A stretch of DNA of 64,000 nt from an uncultured Candidatus Saccharibacteria bacterium (GTDB lineage: Bacteria; Patescibacteriota; Saccharimonadia; Saccharimonadales; Saccharimonadaceae): assembly GCA_946406315.1 (NCBI GenBank), contig CAMJKD010000002.1:62933-126932 (forward strand), written 5' to 3'. The notes beneath the pieces are model-generated. The model searched no databases. It saw only the letters and a program-made list of their open reading frames with translations, and had not been told where the DNA came from. Below are positions 27,481 through 36,851 of the stretch, one piece after another; within the stretch, counting starts at the first letter, position 1; every line of letters starts with the position of its first letter. Both the position numbers and the translations under genes were made by a program.

Positions 27481-29448
27481 ATGAGTCTGTTTGGTGATAT
27501 TTTTAAGAAGCCGAAGGCTAGCGCTATTTATGAGATTAAATCGCCGAACGGGCAGCTTGATTGTGTTTTCGTGCTCGACCATGGGCAAATGTCATATTTT
27601 GCGAAGAAAAACGATAAGGTTGTTTTACGCAAGTCGCGTTTGGGCTTAGTTTTGAAGGATATGACGCCGATGGCGGATAACTTTGCAGTTGTTCGCGCCT
27701 ATACGCGTACGATGGATGAAACTTGGAAGGCAGAATGGGGCGAACAGCGCATTATTCGTAATAACTACAATGAAACTGCAATTTACCTTGAGGAATATGA
27801 GAAGCCGAATCGCCTTTTAACTTTGCGTTTTCGTGTGTATGATGATGGTTTTGCGTTACGTTATGAGATTCCAGCGCAGCCAGAGATGAAGAATATGGTG
27901 GTAGCGGATGAACTGACTGAGTTTTCGGTCGATACAAACTCGCGCTCTTGGAGTATTCCTGCTTATCAGCCAGATCGCTACGAGTATGATTATGTTGAAC
28001 ATCCGGTTTATGCTTTAACTGATTCGGTACATACTCCGTTGACGATTCAGTCTACTTCTGGTCATTTTTTGGCGATTCATGAAGCAGCGCTATATAACTA
28101 TGGCGGTATGACTTTAAAGCTCAATAGTGCATCTTTGAAGGCGGATATTACGCCGCTTTCGGATGGGATGCGGGCTTATGTGGAGTTGCCTTTCTCGACG
28201 CCTTGGCGTATGGTGATTATCGGTAATAATGCACTGGATTTGATTACTTCGCGTATGATGTTGAATTTGAACGATCCGCCGCGTGACGATTTCTCATGGG
28301 TGGAGCCAACCAAGTTTCTTGGTATCTGGTGGGCGATGTATGTTGGCGAATGGACTTGGGCACCAGGTGAACGTCATGGTGCGACAACTGAGCATGCAAT
28401 GCGATATATTGATTCCTGCAAAAATCTCGGTATCTCTGCCCTGCTAGTCGAAGGTTGGAATGATGGCTGGGAGGGTGACTGGCTGGAGAACGGTGTTAAT
28501 AATAAATTTATGGAATCGACGCCCGATTTCGACATGAAGGTCGTAACGGATTACGGTCATGCTAACGGCGTGGAGCTAATTGGTCACCATGAGACAGTTG
28601 GTTTTATTGATAATTATGAGGAGCAACTAGAGGATTCGTATAAGTATTTGAAACAGTATGGCATTCGTTATATTAAATCTGGATATGCTGGCTCTAAGAT
28701 GATGATTAATGGTCGACGCGAGTTTCATCATTCGCAGCTGGGTGTTTTGCATTACCAGCGTGCGCTAGAATTAGCAGCAAAGTACCATATTATGCTAGAC
28801 GTACATGAGCCGATTAAATCAACTGGTATTGAGCGGACTTGGCCGAACTTGATGACTCGTGAAGGTGCGCGTGGTCAGGAATATGAAGGCGGCGCTCTAT
28901 CGCCATCGCATGCTTGTTTTTTGCCGTTTACGCGCCTACTTGCTGGCGGTATGGATTATACGCCGGGTATTTTGGATGTTGGTAATTTTGCGAAGCGCGT
29001 GGCGTCGACGATTGCGCGTCAGTTGGCTTATTATATTACGATTTATTCCTCGATGCAGATGGCTTCGGATCGCCCTCAGATTTACGAGACGCAATATCCG
29101 GATTTGTTTGAATTTATCCGCGACGTACCGCTTCGTTGGGAGCGCACTTTGCCACTTCTCGGTGAGATTGGTAAATATTATGTAGTAGCACGTCAAGTTT
29201 GGGAGTCGGATGACTGGTATGTGGGTGGCGTAACAAATGAAGAAGCGCGCCGGGTTGAGCTTTATATTGATTTTCTAGAGCCAGGCGTAAATTATGTGGC
29301 TACGGTATATCGTGATTCTGATGATGCACATTACCGCGATCATCAGCTTGGTTATGTGATTGAAGAAAAGATTATTCGTAATGGTGACCGTATGGAGATG
29401 TATATAGCTCCAGGTGGTGGATTTGCGATGAAGCTGCATAGACAATAA
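27481..29448 (+). CDS. glycoside hydrolase family 97 (alpha-glucosidase/galactosidase-like)
   Basis: GH97-type blocks: FSWVEPTKFLGIWW, GVELIGHHET, IRYIKSGY and HEPIKSTGIERTWPNLMTREGARGQEY. I chose the ATG at 27481. No signal peptide is apparent. Confidence 0.75.
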   Translation: MSLFGDIFKKPKASAIYEIKSPNGQLDCVFVLDHGQMSYFAKKNDKVVLRKSRLGLVLKDMTPMADNFAVVRAYTRTMDETWKAEWGEQRIIRNNYNETAIYLEEYEKPNRLLTLRFRVYDDGFALRYEIPAQPEMKNMVVADELTEFSVDTNSRSWSIPAYQPDRYEYDYVEHPVYALTDSVHTPLTIQSTSGHFLAIHEAALYNYGGMTLKLNSASLKADITPLSDGMRAYVELPFSTPWRMVIIGNNALDLITSRMMLNLNDPPRDDFSWVEPTKFLGIWWAMYVGEWTWAPGERHGATTEHAMRYIDSCKNLGISALLVEGWNDGWEGDWLENGVNNKFMESTPDFDMKVVTDYGHANGVELIGHHETVGFIDNYEEQLEDSYKYLKQYGIRYIKSGYAGSKMMINGRREFHHSQLGVLHYQRALELAAKYHIMLDVHEPIKSTGIERTWPNLMTREGARGQEYEGGALSPSHACFLPFTRLLAGGMDYTPGILDVGNFAKRVASTIARQLAYYITIYSSMQMASDRPQIYETQYPDLFEFIRDVPLRWERTLPLLGEIGKYYVVARQVWESDDWYVGGVTNEEARRVELYIDFLEPGVNYVATVYRDSDDAHYRDHQLGYVIEEKIIRNGDRMEMYIAPGGGFAMKLHRQ

Positions 29449-29536
29449 TTGCTCTTGCTTTTTTCGCTACGCATATGAGAGAATAAATTTAGAGAGTTGT
29501 GGAGTTACTCGTTAACTATAAGGAGGAGTAACTCAA

Positions 29537-31201
29537 ATGATAATAAAAAGAAACATTAAAACTATAGTTGGGAGTTTATCGGTTTTGTTTTTTGCCTGTT
29601 TTTTAGGTGCAAATTCTTATGCTGCGACTGGCGAATATGATTATGGAGCTAAGTATACTTACGACGGTGATACACTTACAGTTTCTCCGGGTTCGGGAGA
29701 TTTTATATTCGCAGATTCTACGTTTGATTGGATGGTGAATAATAAAAGCGACATTAAAAAGATTATTATATCAGAAGGTATAAAGAGCATTTCTGCTAAC
29801 GCATTCAAAGATTATGTAAATCTGGAAGAGTTGGTATTACCGAAAACTATGCCTGGCCAAATTGGCGACTATGCATTCAGCGGATCGCCTAAGTTAAAGA
29901 ATATTTTGATCCCAGACGGCTTAATACGAATTGGTGAATATGCTTTTTCTGGCACAGGTATTACAAGAGTGGAAGTACCAATTTGGACGGATTGGATTGC
30001 GGATAACGCATTTAACGATAACACTGAACTTATTATGGTAAAGGAGCAAGAAGGGATTATAGCGGCTGGTACTGCTGGAGCATTAAAACAGGTTAATTTT
30101 AGGCCGAATGGCGAGGGAACTCCTCAGGGTGGTAACTGTTACGATAAGTCATACTTTGGTAGCGTTTATGATACGACTGCATGGTGGAAGTTGGATACAG
30201 AAGGAACGCTAACTATTTATGGTACATTATTGCACGATAGTTATAGTAATAGTCGCGTGCCTTGGGGGTGTTACGAGGAGCAAATTAAAAGGGTTGTTAT
30301 AAATGATGATAAAACTGGGAAATTAACGAATAGTAACAAATTAGATAATTCTCAGAAATTGCCAAATTCTAAATATGCAATATACGCTTCGAGGCCAATC
30401 GATGAGATAATGGACGACCGCATTAAAATCTTAAAGGATGGTTACCCTCTGTTTGGCGACTCTCGTCATAAATATGCTTTCGGTCTGCAGAATTTGGAAG
30501 AAATTATCGTAAATCGTGGTGTGGAGAAAATTGGGCGAACTTCTCTTACTAATCGCGGCATTGAACAACCGGAAATTCATTATTATATCTCGAAGTACGT
30601 AAAGACGATTGCTGAGGATCAGGTTGCGGTTAACTCTGCGAATTATGCACCAAGACAAATTCACCTGGAAATATCAAATGAAGATTATCTTGCTAACGGG
30701 TATGATTATACGGAATTTGCAGATGAGAATGGCATCAAAGATAGTCTTGATAATGGAATTTACGGTAAAGCTATTATTCATAGTAATACTGATCCTTACT
30801 ATGTTTCTGTCAATGATACTTCTGCGCCAGATACTATTTCGCATAATGGCAGAACTTTATATAAATATGAAACTTATATCACAGGAGAGAATGGCTCAGT
30901 CGATGTGAGTTTGCCGAATATGGAAGGTGTTGAATATTTTGTTAAAGAAATTGAGGCTCCGGAAGGTTTTCAAATCGATCCGGATGTGTATAGAGTAGAT
31001 ACGTCTGGAAAGACTATTGATATTCAAGTCGCGAATTATCCAATTGAAAATCAAAAATCGGAAGGCGATCCTAAAAAAGCCGATGTCGAAAAGAATCCAA
31101 ATACGGCCGCCTCGGCGCCGGTTGTGTATTTCGTATTATTTGGCGCATTGTCTGCTTCTGTAGTATTAGTTGTCCGTCGGGTATCTAAACTTGCGAGATA
31201 G
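29537..31201 (+). CDS. cell-surface protein with BspA-type leucine-rich repeats, a Cna-B/SpaA-like fold and a C-terminal sorting-signal-like anchor
   Basis: Signal peptide; LRR_5-like repeats (ISANAFKDYVNLEELVLP, IGDYAFSGSPKLKNILIP, IGEYAFSGTGITRVEVP); VKEIEAPEGFQIDPDVYRV; C-terminus NPNTAAS followed by a hydrophobic helix and RRVSKLAR. Confidence 0.65.
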   Translation: MIIKRNIKTIVGSLSVLFFACFLGANSYAATGEYDYGAKYTYDGDTLTVSPGSGDFIFADSTFDWMVNNKSDIKKIIISEGIKSISANAFKDYVNLEELVLPKTMPGQIGDYAFSGSPKLKNILIPDGLIRIGEYAFSGTGITRVEVPIWTDWIADNAFNDNTELIMVKEQEGIIAAGTAGALKQVNFRPNGEGTPQGGNCYDKSYFGSVYDTTAWWKLDTEGTLTIYGTLLHDSYSNSRVPWGCYEEQIKRVVINDDKTGKLTNSNKLDNSQKLPNSKYAIYASRPIDEIMDDRIKILKDGYPLFGDSRHKYAFGLQNLEEIIVNRGVEKIGRTSLTNRGIEQPEIHYYISKYVKTIAEDQVAVNSANYAPRQIHLEISNEDYLANGYDYTEFADENGIKDSLDNGIYGKAIIHSNTDPYYVSVNDTSAPDTISHNGRTLYKYETYITGENGSVDVSLPNMEGVEYFVKEIEAPEGFQIDPDVYRVDTSGKTIDIQVANYPIENQKSEGDPKKADVEKNPNTAASAPVVYFVLFGALSASVVLVVRRVSKLAR

Positions 31202-31223
31202 AGTGTAAAATTATACTTTACAA

Positions 31224-31263
31224 AACAACCATACTTGAAATAATAAGTATGGTTGTTTTTTTT
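31224..31263 (+). terminator. intrinsic terminator
   Basis: AACAACCATACTT-GAAATAAT-AAGTATGGTTGTT followed by a T-run. Confidence 0.65.
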
Positions 31264-31298
31264 ATACCCTAAAACCCTAGGCTAGGTTGTTGAATGCT

Positions 31299-31655
31299 TT
31301 ATCTGTCAATTAAAATCGAGACAACCGTATCATAGCCAAAACGAGCACGAACTTCGTAGCCGTAAGAGCGAAGCTCCTTCTTCTCTGCTTCGGTAAGTGT
31401 AGCGCGACCGGAATTTTTTACAGAGATTTTGATCGTATGCGCATTGGCGGCTTCGGCGAGCGTAATTTTGTCGCCAGCGGTACAATTTTTCAAAGCGCGT
31501 TTTATTTCTGAATCCAAAAAATCTTCCACAGAGGCAACGTCGTGAATATTGACGGTTAAATCTTGGACGTCTAGATTAACGGAAATTTTACGGCGTTCGC
31601 AACTTTTTAATAGTTCTTGATAATGTGGTTCGAGAATTTCGATAAAATGCGGCAT
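31299..31655 (-). CDS. hypothetical protein (resembles a degenerate histidine-kinase ATPase fragment)
   Basis: 118 aa. Its start overlaps the upstream stop codon by 1 nt. The resemblance to a histidine-kinase ATPase is only a weak pattern match. Confidence 0.4.
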   Translation of the reverse strand: MPHFIEILEPHYQELLKSCERRKISVNLDVQDLTVNIHDVASVEDFLDSEIKRALKNCTAGDKITLAEAANAHTIKISVKNSGRATLTEAEKKELRSYGYEVRARFGYDTVVSILIDR

Positions 31656-32752
31656 TAGGAGATGTGCTCCACGGGCTTAAGGTCGATATATTTAGTATCC
31701 CAATCTGGATTGGCCGGCTGATGTGAGCCGTCGTATGGTACGCCGTTGGCGAGATCGTTAGCGATTTCGAGGATAAGATTTTTTTGCTCAATATTATCTT
31801 TGAAATATGGCGGAATAGAATTAATGCCGAGGCGAGCACCTGTGATGTTGCCGGCGATAATTCCGGTGGAATCGCTATCGCCGTCGTGGTTGACGGCGGC
31901 GATGATGGCGTCGTAAAAATCATCAAGATGACGAAGACAACAGTAGATTGCGATAGCAACGGTTTCTTCGGCGACCCAGCCTTCTCCGAGTTCGCGAATG
32001 TTTTCTATATCGTGTGTGCCGTTTCTGGAAAGCGTAAAAGCTTTGCGCATGAGTTTTGTGAAATCGTCTTGGTATTGTTTGTGGAAATTTTTAGTCGCAA
32101 ACTGATTGGCATATTCGAAAGCAATATGAAGTTGCTCGGTGAAATTATGCTTGACATCATGGACAATTTCGAAATAGAGTGCACCAAGGAAGGCGGCTGG
32201 AATAATTGCTAGAGGGTGGCCATGCGTAAGTGCGGCGGATTCGGCGGAAACTTTGACGGCGTCTTCGATAGTATGCGCGACTAGGCCGATTGGAGCGACG
32301 CGCATAACGGAACCGCAACCCTTACTTTGGTTAATGGGCTGTTTAATGGTTCCTTGAGTGCCGTGCGAGAGAGCTTCTATACAAGTAAAGCCGGGCGCGC
32401 GACGGTGATTCATGGCTTCAATTTTATCGATCCAGGAGATGTTGGTGGCGTCAGTTTTAGTTTCGTTTTGAGTTTGATACCAATCGCAGTAAGCACGACG
32501 AATGCATTCAGTGGGGGTTGGAGCTTCGCCGTGGAGGGTGCCGTAGGTATTGCGCCAAAGCAAAGCGTTGGCGGTAAATAGCATCATTTGGGTATCATCG
32601 GAAAAAATACCGTAATCGTCTTTGAATGTTTTGTATTCGCGTTCTTTAATGCCGCGGGTAAACTCGCACTGGTAGCCTAAAGCGTCGCCGATAGCGCCGC
32701 CCATCAAAGAGCCAACAATGCGATCTTTTGTACTTAAGCTAGAATTATCCAT
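31655..32752 (-). CDS. ADP-ribosylglycohydrolase family protein
   Basis: DRIVGSLMGGAIGDALGYQCEF near the N-terminus and HDGDSDSTGIIAGNITGARLG near the C-terminus (binuclear metal site motifs). Confidence 0.85.
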   Translation of the reverse strand: MDNSSLSTKDRIVGSLMGGAIGDALGYQCEFTRGIKEREYKTFKDDYGIFSDDTQMMLFTANALLWRNTYGTLHGEAPTPTECIRRAYCDWYQTQNETKTDATNISWIDKIEAMNHRRAPGFTCIEALSHGTQGTIKQPINQSKGCGSVMRVAPIGLVAHTIEDAVKVSAESAALTHGHPLAIIPAAFLGALYFEIVHDVKHNFTEQLHIAFEYANQFATKNFHKQYQDDFTKLMRKAFTLSRNGTHDIENIRELGEGWVAEETVAIAIYCCLRHLDDFYDAIIAAVNHDGDSDSTGIIAGNITGARLGINSIPPYFKDNIEQKNLILEIANDLANGVPYDGSHQPANPDWDTKYIDLKPVEHIS

Positions 32753-32767
32753 TAGCTTTATTATACA

Positions 32768-33313
32768 CTAAACGCCTGGAGAAAAGGACTTCAATAGTTT
32801 GCGGTGGCGTTTATATTGAGGATCGTGCGTTTCGACTTCTGCCCAAAATGCTGCAGAATGATCCATGTGATTGATGTGGGCTAACTCGTGCAGAATGACA
32901 TAGTCGCGGAGTGGTTCGGGAACCTTCATGAGGCCGATATTGAGCGAGATGGTACCAGAACTTGAGCGGCTTCCCCAACGCGTGTTAGCGTGCGAAAGAC
33001 GTAGCCCTGAGTAATGGTAGCCATATTTCTTAGCCCAAAATTCAAGCCGATACGGCAAATATTCTTTCGCCTTTTTGGCGAGGATTTTTTTCTGCGCATC
33101 GCGAGCACGTTGAGTGCTAGGGTCTTTAATGGGGAGTTTTTCGCGGATTTGTTTGCGTGAGGCATTAAGCCAACGCTTGGCGAGAAATACTGTAGTATGT
33201 TTTGGCCCAGAGATGGTGAGTTTTCCGGAAGTCGAGACGGAAAACTTTGGATTGGTTGACCAAGCGCTTTTGCGTATTATTACCTCGCCGAATTCGGGGT
33301 CATTAAATTTCAT
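32768..33313 (-). CDS. YgjP-like (DUF45/M48-type) metal-dependent hydrolase
   Basis: HELAHINHMDHS (HExxH) sits in a 181-aa protein with typical YgjP layout. Confidence 0.6.
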   Translation of the reverse strand: MKFNDPEFGEVIIRKSAWSTNPKFSVSTSGKLTISGPKHTTVFLAKRWLNASRKQIREKLPIKDPSTQRARDAQKKILAKKAKEYLPYRLEFWAKKYGYHYSGLRLSHANTRWGSRSSSGTISLNIGLMKVPEPLRDYVILHELAHINHMDHSAAFWAEVETHDPQYKRHRKLLKSFSPGV

Positions 33314-33316
33314 TGA

Positions 33317-33817
33317 TTATTTAAGGTTGCGTTTACGCTCGGAGAGGCCAGCTAAGACGTTTTTACACTGAGTTTGAAAAGTATGCTTACCGGAAATAAC
33401 TAGTGGTTGTTCGAGTTCAGACGGGGCTTCGATTTTTTTGTATTGTTCAGCAAGAGCATTTTTGGCATCTTCGAGTTTTTTATACTTGTGGCGCATACGG
33501 TGCTTGATAGCGTTAAGATCGGTTTGCACCCAGATTAGAACAGGCTTATATCCAGATTTCATGAGGATTTCTTTAATTTCGTTACGTTGCTTTTCAGTGT
33601 CGAGTCCGCCCTCAAGTATTAAGGTCTGCTTGCACTTTGTTAGCTGTTGAATAAGGACTATAGTGAGCTTACGGGTAAGCTTGTGCTCGATGTAGAGTTC
33701 GGATAGGTTTAGAAATGGTGCATTAAAACGCGCGCTGAATTGCTCCGCGAAGGTGGTTTTGCCACTCATTGGCGCACCGAAAACCAAGATAGCGTAAGGT
33801 TTCGACTTCCCATTCAT
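33317..33817 (-). CDS. P-loop kinase-like ATPase
   Basis: Walker A GAPMSGKTT at the N-terminus of a 166-aa protein. Confidence 0.5.
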   Translation of the reverse strand: MNGKSKPYAILVFGAPMSGKTTFAEQFSARFNAPFLNLSELYIEHKLTRKLTIVLIQQLTKCKQTLILEGGLDTEKQRNEIKEILMKSGYKPVLIWVQTDLNAIKHRMRHKYKKLEDAKNALAEQYKKIEAPSELEQPLVISGKHTFQTQCKNVLAGLSERKRNLK

Positions 33818-33840
33818 AAGATAAGTTTACTCTATTGTAG

Positions 33841-34551
33841 CTATTTCCGCAAACTTTTTGCGGTCTTATGTATTTCGGGCATGGTTGAGCTGTTTGCGAT
33901 GAGGACTTGAGATGGGTAATAGAAAAACCAGACCAGGAAATTGACAATTGGAAGAATATTTAGCGGTAGGATGTCGTCGAGAGCGAAGAAGCGTAAAGCT
34001 ACGCAACAATCGCAACAAAGAAAGGCGACAAAGCCATAAAAAGCGCAACGGGCGCGAAAGTCATTTCTGCGTTCGTGGTAGCGAACGGTAGATAGGCAGA
34101 GATTACTAATGAGAGTAATAGCGTAAATGCTGCCGATGGCATAAATTGGTTTGAGACCGCAAATAATGGTGACGCTAAAAGCCAGAATGACAATAGTAGC
34201 CCTGGCGAATATATACTTAACTTTGGCGCGGCTGAGGCGGAGAAAATGCATAAACTGAGCAAGACTGAAGATGCAGACGCCAGTAATTAGCCAATTAGTC
34301 CAAACTAAGATAGTGTCGGCGAGGAAAGTTAGTAGTAGTGCCATAGTGAGCATAATGTCGTTGTGATGTTTCGTGTAGGCATAAACGACACAAAGAAAGA
34401 TGCCAACGTATTTTATCAAATTGGTTGGCGGCCAACCGGGTAGAACGATGTCCATTAGCAAAAAACTGATATAGATCATTACCCATACTGCAGCCCATTG
34501 CGCATCTAGATATGGTATGCGCTTTAAGTCTTCCCACCAGTTCTTGAACAT
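33841..34551 (-). CDS. integral membrane protein (possibly YhhN-like)
   Basis: 236 aa with about 7 TM segments. The family call is weak. Confidence 0.4.
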   Translation of the reverse strand: MFKNWWEDLKRIPYLDAQWAAVWVMIYISFLLMDIVLPGWPPTNLIKYVGIFLCVVYAYTKHHNDIMLTMALLLTFLADTILVWTNWLITGVCIFSLAQFMHFLRLSRAKVKYIFARATIVILAFSVTIICGLKPIYAIGSIYAITLISNLCLSTVRYHERRNDFRARCAFYGFVAFLCCDCCVALRFFALDDILPLNILPIVNFLVWFFYYPSQVLIANSSTMPEIHKTAKSLRK

Positions 34552-34565
34552 AGTTTAATTATATA

Positions 34566-35276
34566 TTATATATCGTTAATTATGCGTTTTGGATTATCTT
34601 CAAGGAGTTCTTTAAGTTCGCTAGTAGTATAATAGCGAAGAAGTTTTTGTTGCGCTTTGGTAATTTCGGAGAAGTCGCGTACGCGGTGCGTATCGGAGCC
34701 GAAACAGAAGATAAGCTTTTCTTTAGCGAGCTTTTTGAGCACTTTTTTGGAATGGCGTCCGTACTGGCCTATAATGCTGCCGAGGTTGCATTGCAATAAA
34801 ATGCCCTGCTCCGTAAGGTTATAGAGCTTTTTGTAATCTTCATGATAAGTGTGATAGCGTTCGGGGTGTGCAAGGATGACTTTCCAGCCCTCATACTTAA
34901 GGCTAAGTAGGATATCTTCAAAATCCGCAAATTCACCGCTCATTGGTAACTCGACGAGGATATAATTGCCGTCGGCGAGCGGACTGATTTTGCCTTTTTT
35001 GAGTAAGTCACTAATGTTGTGGTCGATGTAGATTTCGTTGCCGAGATAAAGTGTAATATTGATGCTGGCTTCGTCAACTCTCTTTTGGAGTTGTCGATAG
35101 AGTTTAAGATTAGTGCTACGAGGGCTGGCATAAGCGGAGCTAGTAACGTAATGTGGTGTCAAAATAACGTGCGTAACATCTTTTTCGGCGAGACCTTGGA
35201 GAATTTTGAGGCTTTCGTCAAAATTACGAGATCCATCGTCAATACCTGGCAGAATGTGCGTATGGATATCAATCAT
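34566..35276 (-). CDS. PHP-family tyrosine-protein phosphatase (CpsB/YwqE type)
   Basis: MIDIHTHILPGIDDGS N-terminus, further His/Asp metal ligands (LTPHY, AHPERY, GSDTH), and location next to a BY-kinase. Confidence 0.85.
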   Translation of the reverse strand: MIDIHTHILPGIDDGSRNFDESLKILQGLAEKDVTHVILTPHYVTSSAYASPRSTNLKLYRQLQKRVDEASINITLYLGNEIYIDHNISDLLKKGKISPLADGNYILVELPMSGEFADFEDILLSLKYEGWKVILAHPERYHTYHEDYKKLYNLTEQGILLQCNLGSIIGQYGRHSKKVLKKLAKEKLIFCFGSDTHRVRDFSEITKAQQKLLRYYTTSELKELLEDNPKRIINDI

Positions 35277-36721
35277 TGTTTTTTGCGTACTCGTGTAGCA
35301 GTTGGGGTGTTATGTCGAAGAGGAATGGCGCTGGCATTTTTTTGTGTATTGTTGCTAGATTCGTGTTCACTATAATAATAGTAGTAGCTTGCGTTTTTCT
35401 TGTTAACACCGTTAAGGACAACGCCAGCAATCGGGGCGCCAACCTTTTGGAGGGCTTCCTTGGTGCTTTCGAGAGTACTCTTTGGCGTGTTAGCATCTTT
35501 AGTGACGATTAGAACTTCATCGACTAGAGTGGACATAATAACAGAGTCGGTAACGCCATTGCACGGAGCGCCATCAAAGATGATGATATCGAATTTGCGC
35601 TTGAGCTTCTCGATGAGGGTGCGATTCTTCATAGAGCTAAGTAATTCACTTGGGTTTGGCGGATAAGTGCCACGTGTTATTATGCTTAGACCTTGAATGT
35701 CTGTTCTTTGGATATATTTACCGTATTTGGCGATGTCGTCGGTTAAGAGATGACTAAGACCAAGCGTGTTTGGTACCTGAAAAATTTTATGAAGACGTCC
35801 TTTTCTGAGGTCGCAGTCGACAATGAGAACTTTCTTATTATTTTGCGCAAAGCTAACGGCGAGATTAGAACTAACAAAGCTCTTACCTTCACTGGCGAGT
35901 GAGCTAGTAACTAACACCGTTTTGAAGCCACTATCGACGCTAGAGAATTGTAGGTTCGTGCGTAGAGCTTTGATGCTTTCGCTGACGGCGGATTTCGGAT
36001 ATTTATTAGTCATAAGTTCATCGGTGCTACTGCGATGTCGTTGGTTAGTTTTAATGTTGGATTTAATAATTTTTCCGGCGATTGGGAGACCAATTTTCTT
36101 CTCAAGATCTTCGCTGTACTTAACAGTATCGTCAAAATAGAAGATAATGAAGGCAATGGCGAGAACGCCAAAGACGGCAATAATAGCAGCAATTATGAGG
36201 TCGCGTTTGAGCGTGTTATTGCTTGGGCTATCTGGAAGCTGGGCGACTTCGTACGGCTTGACGTTATCGATGCCCGTAAGTTCAGTAATCTCTTTGGCGA
36301 ATACGGCGGTAGTTTTATCCGCGATTTTTTGAGCGTTTTCTGCACTAGCGTCGGTAACGGTGATTTTTAACACTTGAGTATCTTCGATATTCGTCACCGT
36401 GATGTGCTTAGCGAGCTCGTCGGCTGTGTAATTGAGACGAAGGTCGTCGATGACCTGTTGTAGAACTAGGCGGCTTTTGACGAATTCGCTATAAGTAGCA
36501 GCTAGTTTTTGGTTGACATTAACGTCGTTGAGCGTGGCGCTGGAGTTTGTATCTTTGTTTTCCTGCGCTAAAAGAACTTTAGTGTAGGTGCTATACATTG
36601 GTGTTTTAACTTGTGTTTCGTAGATATAAGTTCCGCCGATAGCAAGAATAGCAACAACAACCATTGCAACGACAAATTTTTTAAGATATCCGAGGAAATC
36701 TTTAAGGTCGATTTCTTCCAT
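35273..36721 (-). CDS. fused Wzz/CpsC-like transmembrane modulator and CpsD-type BY tyrosine kinase
   Basis: N-terminal Wzz domain with two TM segments; Walker A SSLASEGKS; Walker A' VDCDLRKG; Walker B IIIFDGAP; C-terminal tyrosine cluster SYYYYYS. Confidence 0.85.
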   Translation of the reverse strand: MEEIDLKDFLGYLKKFVVAMVVVAILAIGGTYIYETQVKTPMYSTYTKVLLAQENKDTNSSATLNDVNVNQKLAATYSEFVKSRLVLQQVIDDLRLNYTADELAKHITVTNIEDTQVLKITVTDASAENAQKIADKTTAVFAKEITELTGIDNVKPYEVAQLPDSPSNNTLKRDLIIAAIIAVFGVLAIAFIIFYFDDTVKYSEDLEKKIGLPIAGKIIKSNIKTNQRHRSSTDELMTNKYPKSAVSESIKALRTNLQFSSVDSGFKTVLVTSSLASEGKSFVSSNLAVSFAQNNKKVLIVDCDLRKGRLHKIFQVPNTLGLSHLLTDDIAKYGKYIQRTDIQGLSIITRGTYPPNPSELLSSMKNRTLIEKLKRKFDIIIFDGAPCNGVTDSVIMSTLVDEVLIVTKDANTPKSTLESTKEALQKVGAPIAGVVLNGVNKKNASYYYYYSEHESSNNTQKNASAIPLRHNTPTATRVRKKQ

Positions 36722-36851
36722 AATTTCTATGCCTTTTCGATGCCCTTTGTATTAATTTGCGACTACATGGAAAAGTCGCAGTTTTTGCTAATTTATTGTG
36801 TAAATTTTATCATTTTATCTTTGCGCCGTCTAGTCTTTGAAGTAACCAATG

